Assembly (NCBI GenBank): GCA_963422375.2
Contig: OY729428.2
Location: forward strand, 1-64,000
Source: Bryobacterales bacterium
GTDB lineage: Bacteria > Acidobacteriota > Terriglobia > Bryobacterales > UBA6623
Direction: 5' to 3'
Length of the DNA: 64,000 bases
Shown in pieces: positions 8,952 through 17,633 of the stretch. Made by a program: the position numbers and the translations under genes. Numbering within the stretch: the first letter of the stretch is position 1; each line of letters opens with the position of its first letter. The notes beneath the pieces are model-generated. The model was given only the letters and a program-made list of their open reading frames with translations. It had not been told where the DNA came from and searched no databases.

Positions 8952-10523
8952 TCACATGCCCCAGACGTCCACTGGCCCGGAGGCACTCCCCTCCCTGCGC
9001 CGAAAGAGCTTGTCATCCCACCGGCGCTTGCGCCGGTCGAAGATCACTAGGTGGCCGGCCTCCGCATTGCAGCGATCCATGTAACCGGCAGTCTGCTCGA
9101 TTCCGTCCTCTACCGTACTTTCCAAACTGCCACGCAGGATCTTGCACTCGATCACGTGCTTCTCCACGCTAGTGTCCGTCGGCCAGACGACAAGCAGGTC
9201 CGTGCGTCCCCGCCCGAGCCCGTACTCCCGCTCGATCCGTCCGCCCCCGTTCACCACCCGCTGCAGGAATGCCTGCAAGAGCAGCTGCGGCCCCGCCTCC
9301 TTGTACCTGAAGCGCTCGATCCAATGCTCGGAGTGCTGCCGGAAGAATCCCTGGAACGCCACCATTAGCCCGTGCATGTCCAAGCTGCCATCGGAGCGCG
9401 CGTACCATGCGGGTTCTTGGACGATGCGTCTCTGCACGGTGAATGTGAGCTCGCGCGGCACGACTTCGGCATAGATGGGATTGGCGATCCGAAGAGAGGC
9501 GTCGCCGGCAACCAAGCCTAGGTCGCGGACGTAGTCAAAGTCGCGAGTTGAAAGGTCCGAGTCCGCGGAGCCGCTTAGAATCGGCTCTATCACCCTCTGC
9601 ACGCGGTCCTCCCTCAGCTTGTCTGCAAGCTGATCGAGATGCACCGACCGCTGCAGGATGAGCTCCTCCTGCGCCTGCAGGATGTCAGCCTCAACGATGG
9701 AGCGCTCCGGATGCCTCGCGTGGCCCGCCTCGAAGCAGGCCTCGTCGCAAAGTGCGTTGACGAGCCAAGGCTGGCCCTGAGTCTGTGTCCAAACCCTGTC
9801 AACAGCGTCCGGCTCGAACGCCTGCCCCGTGTCTGCGGTGTACTGGCCTAGAAGACTCACCACATCATCGCGGGAGAAGTCCCCTAGACGCAGCGACTTC
9901 GCGCTGATGTTGAATGGGCTGGCGACGACTCGACCCGAGGATCCCGACTCGATGCGGTAGTCGCGCAGGTCTCGCATTCCGCAGAGAACGATGCTCTGAG
10001 GGAATTGACGGGGGCGTCGGCCATAACCCAAGCGCAGCTGCCGCAGCACGGAAAGCAGGGAGTCTCCCTCCAACGCATCGATCTCGTCGATCAGCAGCAC
10101 CAGCGGCCTCGGGTCGGACGATGCCCACAGACTCAGGACCTCACGCAGCGCCCGGTGGGGCTCGACCCGGTCTAGGACCGTTCGACAGATCTCATCGACG
10201 TGTTTGTCCTGAAGTGTCAACAGGGCTTCGAAGGCCAACTCGCCAATGATCGACGTCATCGCTGCGCGGACGTCCTCGCGAGCAATCGAGGCTGCCTCGA
10301 CGCTCAGGTAGACGCAGCGGTAGTTCCCTTCCGCACCACGGTTGATCAAGTCTCGCAGTGCGATCAGCGCAGATGTCTTGCCGGTTTGTCTCGGAGCATG
10401 GAGCACGAAATACTGCTCGTTTCGGATTAGGTCCAGCACCTCGCCCAAGTTGATGCGACGCAAGGGCGGGATGCAGTAGTGCTTGGCGGCAGCGACCGGT
10501 CCGGCCCGATTGAAACGCCTCAT
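8952..10523 (-). CDS. AAA+ ATPase with C-terminal PD-(D/E)XK nuclease-like domain (paralog 2)
   Basis: HAPRQTGKTS, LLIDEID, REYGLGRGRTDLLV...VIECK; colinear with 1933-3510 over the whole length. Confidence 0.85.
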   Translation of the reverse strand: MRRFNRAGPVAAAKHYCIPPLRRINLGEVLDLIRNEQYFVLHAPRQTGKTSALIALRDLINRGAEGNYRCVYLSVEAASIAREDVRAAMTSIIGELAFEALLTLQDKHVDEICRTVLDRVEPHRALREVLSLWASSDPRPLVLLIDEIDALEGDSLLSVLRQLRLGYGRRPRQFPQSIVLCGMRDLRDYRIESGSSGRVVASPFNISAKSLRLGDFSRDDVVSLLGQYTADTGQAFEPDAVDRVWTQTQGQPWLVNALCDEACFEAGHARHPERSIVEADILQAQEELILQRSVHLDQLADKLREDRVQRVIEPILSGSADSDLSTRDFDYVRDLGLVAGDASLRIANPIYAEVVPRELTFTVQRRIVQEPAWYARSDGSLDMHGLMVAFQGFFRQHSEHWIERFRYKEAGPQLLLQAFLQRVVNGGGRIEREYGLGRGRTDLLVVWPTDTSVEKHVIECKILRGSLESTVEDGIEQTAGYMDRCNAEAGHLVIFDRRKRRWDDKLFRRREGSASGPVDVWGM

Positions 10524-11173
10524 CCATTACATGATGTCAGCAGTCGCGACGGCATCCTAGCGAGCCACAAACCCGGCATCGAGTCTCGCAGCCGCGGCGA
10601 ATATCACGCGTGCAGTCCTGGGCACTGACCGGATCCCTAGCATTCTCGAAACGGGTTGTCTCTTACAACCAGTCCGGCGCGGTAGGATCCGCTCCGCAGT
10701 GCTCGTACAGCAACCGCGGCCAACGCAACGGTCGACGATCGTCTAGCGACCCGGCTCTGGACGATACCGCTCCATGCTTGCCTGGGCCCCGGACCGATTG
10801 CTCCTCGACTGCAGGGCTATTCAGACAGGCGTCCTGCCGCCGTCGCGCACTCTCTCGGGCCCGGCCTGATAACCCGCCGACCCGTGCCGGCTTCGCGGCT
10901 GGCCCGACTTCACGTGTAGATTCCGCGGCCGCGGCCGGTCGGGCTCAACCTGCGCTTGAATGATCCCGAGCCCGCTAGCCGGACCCTCGGGCAGCCGCAT
11001 CCGGCTCGCCTCAAAGACAAGCGTGCCGCGACTCCCGCACGAGGGCGGCTCCGGTTCAAGGAGGGCTTTCGCCTGCCTCGGACTGCGGCCCGAGCCGAGA
11101 GGAGCACTGCCGATTGAAGAGAGCCTCACCCGTGTGATACCGTGGATTCTCTGGGACGATCCCGGCTCTCTTG

Positions 11174-11452
11174 ATGCAAGCACTCGGAATGATCGAGACA
11201 GTGGGCCTGATCTCGTCGGTAGAGGCCTCGGACGCCATGGTCAAGGCGGCGAGCGTCACGCTGGAGGGCAGGCGGCAGATTGGCGCGGGCCACGTTACCG
11301 TCACCTGCCGCGGCGACATCGGCGCCGTCAAGGCGGCCACCGATGCCGGCGCAGCCGCGGCGCGCCGCCTAGGCGAGCTGATCAGCGTCCACGTCATCCC
11401 CGCCCCCTACCGGGACGTTTCGGTCCTTCTTCCGGAAGGCCCGGACGGCTAG
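11174..11452 (+). CDS. Bacterial microcompartment hexameric shell protein (BMC-H, EutM/PduA-like)
   Basis: [10 protein letters not shown]...DAMVKAASV...[19 protein letters not shown]...SVHVIPAP. Confidence 0.93.
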   Translation: MQALGMIETVGLISSVEASDAMVKAASVTLEGRRQIGAGHVTVTCRGDIGAVKAATDAGAAAARRLGELISVHVIPAPYRDVSVLLPEGPDG

Positions 11453-11461
11453 TCGGCGACG

Positions 11462-13276
11462 ATGCTTGTCGACCAAGATCTGCGGTCCATTCAAGAGGTC
11501 CGCACCAAGGTTCAAGCCGCATACGAGGCGTTCCAAGCATTTCAGGGATTCTCCCAAGACCAGGTGGACGCCATCGTCGCGAGCATGGCGGCCGCCGCTC
11601 GCGCGAATTCGGTGTCGCTCGCCAAATCCGCCGTCGAAGAGACCGGATACGGGAACGTCCGGGACAAGATCGCGAAGAACCTGCTCAACGCCGACCTGCT
11701 GCACCAGAAGATCGCCCCGCTCAAGACGATCGGGGTGCTGGGCGAGGACCGCGAAATCGGCGTCACCGAGATTGCGGTGCCGGTAGGGGTGGTGGCAGCC
11801 GTCCTGCCGACGACCAATCCGACGTCGACTGCATTCTTCAAGTGCCTGATCGCGGTCAAGGCCGGCAACGCGATCGTGATGAGCCCGCATCCGCGCGCGC
11901 GACGCTGCACCTGCGAGTCCGCCCGGATCCTGTCCGAGGCTGCCACGGCCGCAGGCGCGCCCGAAGGGCTCATCCAATGCGTCGACGAGTCGACCATCGT
12001 CGGCACGCGCGAACTGATGGGACATAAGCGCATAGGGATCATCCTTTCTACAGGCGGCGCCGGGGTCGTCAAGGCAGCCTATTCGAGCGGCAAGCCAGCC
12101 TTGGGGGTGGGAGCTGGCAACGTCCCGGTGCTGATTGACGACTCGGCCGACATCGATTCGGCCATCGCGTCCGTCGTGGACGGAAAGTCGTTCGACTTCG
12201 GGACGGTCTGCTCGAGCGAGCAGACTGTCGTCGTCAACCGCCGCCACCGCGACCGCGTGTGGGCGGCCCTGAAGGCCAGCGGCGCGCACATCTGCAACGA
12301 GGAGGAGACTCAGCTGATCGACGCCCGCTTGTTCACGAAGGATCTGCGAATTCAGCCGGACTGCGTGGGCCAATCCCCCCAGAAGATCGCGTCCCTGGCG
12401 GGGTTCTCCGTTCCGCACGAGTCTCGGATCCTCGCCGTCGAGATCCATGGGGTGGGACGGGAGCACCGACTCTCCGCGGAGAAACTGTCGCCGGTCCTGT
12501 CGGTGTACTTCGTGGACAGCTTCGAGCAGGCAGTCGAGGCCTGCGTCGGAGTTCTGAACTTCGGCGGCCGCGGGCACACCTGCGTGATCTATTCCGCAGA
12601 CGAAGGGCACGTGCTGGAATACGGCCGGAGGGCGCCCGCTTTCCGGGTCCTCGTCAACACCTCTGCGCCCCAGGGATCCACGGGTATCACGACCGGCATC
12701 CTCCCGTCGATGACCCTCGGCTGCGGCGCCATCGCCGGCAACTCGACGGGCGACAACATCGGCCCGATGCACCTGCTGCACGTCAAGCGCATCGCTAGGC
12801 ACATTCGATCGCCGGAAGAGGCCTTCGTGAGCGACGAGGCGAAGGGATACTTCGAGGCAATCGAGCGCGGCGAGGAATTCGCCAGCCATGCCGGAGCGGC
12901 CGCTCCGCCCGGGACGAGCGGGGGCGGAGTGGCCGCCCGCGTGAACCAGTATCTGGCGCGAAAGGGAGCGACGGGAGCGACGGCGTCTCCCGAGTCGACG
13001 CCGTCGGGTGCGTCGGTCACAACTATCGTCGACCGTTTCCTGCGGAACCGGCAGCGTCCAGCGCCGACCGCGGCCCCGCCGGAGCCCGCCCCGAAGGCGG
13101 TCGAGCCGCCGCCTCCCGCCCCCGTGATCCGGCCGGTCAGCTTCGTGTGCGAGGGCGACATGCGCAAGGCCATCCACTCGGGCGCGAAGATTTACATTGC
13201 GAAGCACACTATCGTGACGCCGGCGGCACGGGATCTGGACATCGGCGGGAGCGTTCTAGTCCAGACGGAAGCCTGA
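11462..13276 (+). CDS. Acylating aldehyde dehydrogenase (EutE/PduP-like) with C-terminal extension
   Basis: DLRSIQEVR, PTTNPTST, SPHPRA, TGGAGVVKAAYSSGKPALGVGAGN, catalytic FDFGTVCSSEQ, EKLSPVL, PSMTLGCG. About 130-aa C-terminal tail. Confidence 0.92.
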   Translation: MLVDQDLRSIQEVRTKVQAAYEAFQAFQGFSQDQVDAIVASMAAAARANSVSLAKSAVEETGYGNVRDKIAKNLLNADLLHQKIAPLKTIGVLGEDREIGVTEIAVPVGVVAAVLPTTNPTSTAFFKCLIAVKAGNAIVMSPHPRARRCTCESARILSEAATAAGAPEGLIQCVDESTIVGTRELMGHKRIGIILSTGGAGVVKAAYSSGKPALGVGAGNVPVLIDDSADIDSAIASVVDGKSFDFGTVCSSEQTVVVNRRHRDRVWAALKASGAHICNEEETQLIDARLFTKDLRIQPDCVGQSPQKIASLAGFSVPHESRILAVEIHGVGREHRLSAEKLSPVLSVYFVDSFEQAVEACVGVLNFGGRGHTCVIYSADEGHVLEYGRRAPAFRVLVNTSAPQGSTGITTGILPSMTLGCGAIAGNSTGDNIGPMHLLHVKRIARHIRSPEEAFVSDEAKGYFEAIERGEEFASHAGAAAPPGTSGGGVAARVNQYLARKGATGATASPESTPSGASVTTIVDRFLRNRQRPAPTAAPPEPAPKAVEPPPPAPVIRPVSFVCEGDMRKAIHSGAKIYIAKHTIVTPAARDLDIGGSVLVQTEA

Positions 13277-13312
13277 CCGGCAGCGCTCCCCGCGAGGGCT
13301 GGTGAGACGCCG

Positions 13313-14044
13313 GTGCCTGCGACACTGGAGCAGATGCGCGCGCTCGCCGGCAAGCTTCCGGCAGCCTTGCTGCTGGCAGCGGCGCTTGCGCACGTGGTGT
13401 CTCAGGGTTCGGCAGCCGCAGTCCCCGACGACGAGCGACTCGCGTACTCGGTGGCATGGTCCAGCGGCCTACCGGTCGGCAGCGCCGAGTTGAATGCACG
13501 GAATGTCGACCCGGGCTGGCGCTTCGAAATGACACTGCGGGCAAACCTGCCGAACTTCGAGGTCGAGGACGCATTCCTGTCGACCGCCGACGCCGGGATG
13601 TGCTCGGAACAATTTCAGAAGCACGTCCGGCACGGAAGGAAGCGCACGCACGAGGCGCTCCGCTTCGGGCCGGAAACCGTAGAGCGGAGGAACCTAGAGG
13701 CGGACAGGGGGGAGCCCCCCGGCGTGTCTCGGTCGGGCCCCTGCGAGCGCGACGCGCTGGCGTTCCTCTATTTCCTGCGCGAGGAGCTCGCCGCCGGCCG
13801 CATCCCGCCGCCGGCCCAGGTCCACTTCGGCGCGGGCTACCGGATCGAGTTGGGCTTCGTGCGGGCACGCTGGCTAAGGCTGGGTGGCGACAGCCGCCTG
13901 ACGGACGAAATCCGGGCGCGGGTGCGAGGGCCCGCGTCGGACCACTCGTTCTCGGTGTTCTTCGCTCGGGACGAAGCGCGGACTCCCCTGCTCTTCCAGG
14001 TTGAATTCGAAGAAGGCGTGTTTCTGATGCAGCTTGCGGAGTGA
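13313..14044 (+). CDS. DUF3108-like exported protein
   Basis: Signal peptide, then ERLAYSVAWSSGL..G.A.L...RDALAFLYFLR..L...FFARDEARTPL. Start may be the ATG at 13334. Confidence 0.65.
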   Translation: MPATLEQMRALAGKLPAALLLAAALAHVVSQGSAAAVPDDERLAYSVAWSSGLPVGSAELNARNVDPGWRFEMTLRANLPNFEVEDAFLSTADAGMCSEQFQKHVRHGRKRTHEALRFGPETVERRNLEADRGEPPGVSRSGPCERDALAFLYFLREELAAGRIPPPAQVHFGAGYRIELGFVRARWLRLGGDSRLTDEIRARVRGPASDHSFSVFFARDEARTPLLFQVEFEEGVFLMQLAE

Positions 14045-14108
14045 GCGCGGGCGCAAGCTGGGTCGCCGCGGGTCACCGGCCCGAGCGCCAAGCCTCGTGA
14101 AGAACACT

Positions 14109-14600
14109 CGTGGAGAATTGTTGATTGCAAGGTGTTGGCTGATCGTTGAAGGTCAAACTGAAGTGCTTATATATTCGGCAGCGGCGTCAGCCCTTGGTTT
14201 TAGTCACCGTGAAGGTGTGGCTATCGTAGAATGTGCTCAGTCCACTTGCGCTCTGCTAGCGAAGGGAGCAATTGCTCTCGGAATTCGGTACTCATATCTG
14301 GACTTCTTCACTCTCGCGTCAAGAGCGGCACCGAATTCAATCCGTTGTTCCACAATTCATGGAGCGAAGGGTATGGAGTTCAAACATGTCTATCTAGTCG
14401 GTCTGGCGCAGGGAGTATTTCCCAACTATTATGCGATCAAGCACGGGGCAAATCCATCACTTATTGAGGAGGAGAGGCGTGCATGTTCTGTAGCAATAAC
14501 TCGATCAATGGCACGTCTCACTATGTCCTATTCCAGAGAGTATTTCGGTTGGAGGAAAGAGCCTTCTCAATTTCTCCAAGAAATGGGATTCGCTCCATGA
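14109..14600 (+). pseudogene. In-frame fusion of an OLD-family TOPRIM fragment and a UvrD helicase C-terminus (Gabija-like relic)
   Basis: ARCWLIVEGQTE...EGVAIVECAQ...LGI (OLD/YbjD TOPRIM, ends before DxD) joined to STIHGAKGMEF...VGL...FP...EEERR...VAITR...PSQFL (UvrD motifs V/VI). Visibly lower GC than the flanks. Confidence 0.75.
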
Positions 14601-14821
14601 CAAAGCATGGGCCCTCGTAAGTCTAGAGACGGTCCACACTCCGTTTCGAATCATCGTGCTCCGCCCGGTTGATCGAGCCGGCGTGGAAGGCGCCATCGCC
14701 CGAGCGCCGGACGCATGGCTTCCGGCCCGGTGCCGACGAGTAGCGTGATTACGGTGCCGGGCCTGCGGGACGGCGGCGTCCGAGCCCCGCGAAGTGAAGC
14801 TGCCAGCTCGGAGATCTCCTG

Positions 14822-17482
14822 CTACCAAAGGAACTTGAGCTGGAAGCGGTAGGTGCGCCCGTCGTTGAGGGTGTTGTTGATCTGGCCGAAGTTGGGCGAT
14901 GTCAGCGTCTTGCCCGGCTCGGCGAATTGCGGGGTGTTGAAGAAGTTGATCGACTCGGCCCGCAGCTCCACGGTCCACTCCGAGCCCACCGCGAAGCGCC
15001 GGGAGAGCGAGGCGTTAACGTTCGCGATCTTGCCCTTGCGGAACGTGTTGCGACCGAGGCTGCCCGCCTGCTCGGCGGGCGCGTCGACGAAGCGAAAGGC
15101 GCTGCGAGGCATGAGCGCCTCGGAGGTGTCGGGCGAGCCGACGACACGCCCCAACACGGTCGGGTCGAGCAGCATCGGCCTGTCGCCCCGGCGACCGTCG
15201 ACGTTGCCGAAGCCGGGTCCGTCGGAGCCCGCATCGACCGTGAAAGGCGTGCCGGACTTGAGCAGGGCCACGGCCGACAGGGTCCAGTTGCTCAGCAGCT
15301 TGCCCGCCCAACCGCCCGCCCGCGCGCGAGGGACGGAGTAGGCGGCCTGCAGCAGGAACGCGTGCGGCTGGTCGAAGTTGCTCAAGCCCTTGAGGTCGCG
15401 ATGCGATTCGGATTCGGTCTGCGAAACCGCCACGCGGGCGTCGGGGCCGGAAGCCGTGTTGGTGTAGGAACCCCCGAGGTCGAGCGACTTGCTGAACCAG
15501 TAGGCCGTGTTCAGGGACAGGCCGCGCCAGCTTGGAGCGGTCAAGGTGACGCGGCCCGCGTCGAACCAAGCGCGCGACCCGTTGTGGATGAACAGATGCT
15601 CGTAGATGCTCTGGTCGGCGCGGCGCTGGTTCACGTTCCGGACATTGGAGACGATCCCGGGCACCTCGCGGCCGCGGTTGAGGAAGTAGGTGATGATCAG
15701 CTTGTGGGCGCGGCTGCCCACGTAGCCGAGATGCAGGCGCCAGTCGGCGCCGAGTTCCTTCTCCCAGCCGAAGTTGTACTGGTGGGCGTAGGGCACGACC
15801 AAGTCCGGTCCGGGCTCGATGAGGCTCGAGCGAGCGTTCGGGTCGCGCTTGGAAGGGTCGATCAGCGAGCGGTAGGTCGCAAGGTCCGGGCGAATCAGTA
15901 CCGACGTAACGACGTGCGGGGCGTTCAGGCGCGCCTGGCCGTACGTCACAGGGAATAGTTCCCCGTAGTGCGTGCCCCAGTTGCCGCGCAGTACGCCGCC
16001 CGATCCCGGCAAGTGGTAGGCGAAGCCGAAGGACCCGGCGAGGTTGTTGGCGTCGGAATCCATGCTCAGCTGCGTACGCCCGGTCACGTCGAAGGGCCGG
16101 GTGAACGGCTCGTAGCGCAAGCCGAGATGCAGCGAGAGGCGGTCCGTGGCGCGCCACGTGTCGCCTAGGAAGAAGGAATTCGACCAGTTGCGGAAGGCCC
16201 TGTAGGCGGATCCGAGCGACACGATCAACCGGTTCGGCAGGCCGAGGCGCACGTTGGCGATGGCATCGTTGCCGAAGTTCGCCCCGAAAACCAGAATGCC
16301 CCGGGCTCCGTCGGGCTCGTCGCTGTTGTACTGCAGGCGGGTCAGGGCCAAGCCGGCCGTGAACTCGTGCCGACCGCGGGTGTGGCGCAGCGTGGCCGCT
16401 TGGCGGAAGCGATTCTGGGCCCGGTCGATGGGAATAATCGGGAACGGACCGAGGTTGGTGAGCGCTCTCCCGATCATGATCGGCCCGAGGGCTCCCTCGG
16501 CCGGCAGCAGGAGCGAGCCGAGACGGTCAAGGCCCGTCGATAGCTGCAGCACCGTGTCCGGCGAGAAGGAGCGGCTCCAAGTGATGCGCGCCCCGTGGGA
16601 CTTGGTATCGGTGTCGGGATTCTGGCCCACCACGAGTTGGAAGGCGTCGACGTTCTGCGCCGTCCAAGCGTAGCGCGTGGCCAGTCGCCCTCCGGCCACG
16701 CCCTGCCGGTCCAGCTGGATGCGCGCGGAGTCCGTATTGATGTGCTGCAGGCTGTTGGTGTTGAGCGCCCTCGCCGCGATATCGGGCCGGTTCGGGGCCT
16801 GCCTGGGATAGGCGTCGAGGATGCGCTGGGCTGCCGCCCGCGTGCCGGGGTCGCGAGCGAGCGCGACGCGCTCGCTCGGCAGTGGCACGAGCACGTTGCC
16901 GTTGACGTTGCCGCGAATCTTGTTCTGGGAGGCTCCGAGCGTCACCGACCCCAGCGGGCCGAGCGGGGCTGCGAGATTGGCGCCGTAGAAGTTCTCGCGG
17001 GCCGGCTGCACGCGGCCAACTTGGAAGAAGGAGCGCGCGGAGAAGACGCTGTTGTTGTGCCGCCAGAAGGCGTCGCCGTGGAACCCGCTACCGCGGCCGG
17101 GCGGCGCATGCACGGGAGGGGGCGGGGGCTTGCCGTATTCCGCGCCGAAGTAGCCGCGGTCCACGGCGAACTCGGAAACGAGCGTGGCGGACGTGCCGAG
17201 CCGGATATTGAGCTCCTTGAGCGCGTTGTTGTCGACTAGGTTGAACTGGACGTTCTCGTTGCGACGGCTTTCGCCGGACTCGGAGGAGGTCTCGCCCAGC
17301 AGATTGATATTGGTGCGCTCGCTGCCGGCAGCGGACGCGTCCGTACCCGCGGCGTCCGCCGGCTCTTCCGACGCGGCAGGCTCGCTGTCGGCCTCCTGTC
17401 CCGATGCGAGCGGAGCATGCAGAGTCGCGAGCAGCGCCAAGGCCGCGGCATGCGCGCCTAGGCTCGGTCTCCATCTCAACAT
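14822..17482 (-). CDS. TonB-dependent receptor-like outer membrane beta-barrel (Oar-like)
   Basis: Signal peptide, RENFYGANL, DTWRATDRLSLHLGLRYE, PYAHQYNFG, SLGRNTFR, LRAESINFFNTPQF, aromatic C-terminus LKFLW. Unusually short N-terminal/plug region. Confidence 0.8.
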   Translation of the reverse strand: MLRWRPSLGAHAAALALLATLHAPLASGQEADSEPAASEEPADAAGTDASAAGSERTNINLLGETSSESGESRRNENVQFNLVDNNALKELNIRLGTSATLVSEFAVDRGYFGAEYGKPPPPPVHAPPGRGSGFHGDAFWRHNNSVFSARSFFQVGRVQPARENFYGANLAAPLGPLGSVTLGASQNKIRGNVNGNVLVPLPSERVALARDPGTRAAAQRILDAYPRQAPNRPDIAARALNTNSLQHINTDSARIQLDRQGVAGGRLATRYAWTAQNVDAFQLVVGQNPDTDTKSHGARITWSRSFSPDTVLQLSTGLDRLGSLLLPAEGALGPIMIGRALTNLGPFPIIPIDRAQNRFRQAATLRHTRGRHEFTAGLALTRLQYNSDEPDGARGILVFGANFGNDAIANVRLGLPNRLIVSLGSAYRAFRNWSNSFFLGDTWRATDRLSLHLGLRYEPFTRPFDVTGRTQLSMDSDANNLAGSFGFAYHLPGSGGVLRGNWGTHYGELFPVTYGQARLNAPHVVTSVLIRPDLATYRSLIDPSKRDPNARSSLIEPGPDLVVPYAHQYNFGWEKELGADWRLHLGYVGSRAHKLIITYFLNRGREVPGIVSNVRNVNQRRADQSIYEHLFIHNGSRAWFDAGRVTLTAPSWRGLSLNTAYWFSKSLDLGGSYTNTASGPDARVAVSQTESESHRDLKGLSNFDQPHAFLLQAAYSVPRARAGGWAGKLLSNWTLSAVALLKSGTPFTVDAGSDGPGFGNVDGRRGDRPMLLDPTVLGRVVGSPDTSEALMPRSAFRFVDAPAEQAGSLGRNTFRKGKIANVNASLSRRFAVGSEWTVELRAESINFFNTPQFAEPGKTLTSPNFGQINNTLNDGRTYRFQLKFLW

Positions 17483-17633
17483 CCGGCCCTACAATGCTAT
17501 CAAGCAGGTCGCGCTCACCCGGGTCGGCGCGTTGCCGCGCCGGCAAGCCGAAGCCCACGCTTCGGGCTGGACCGGAGGCTGCCCCACGACAGGGCAGCCT
17601 CGCGATGCGCGGCCGGGATTCGAGCCGGATGCG

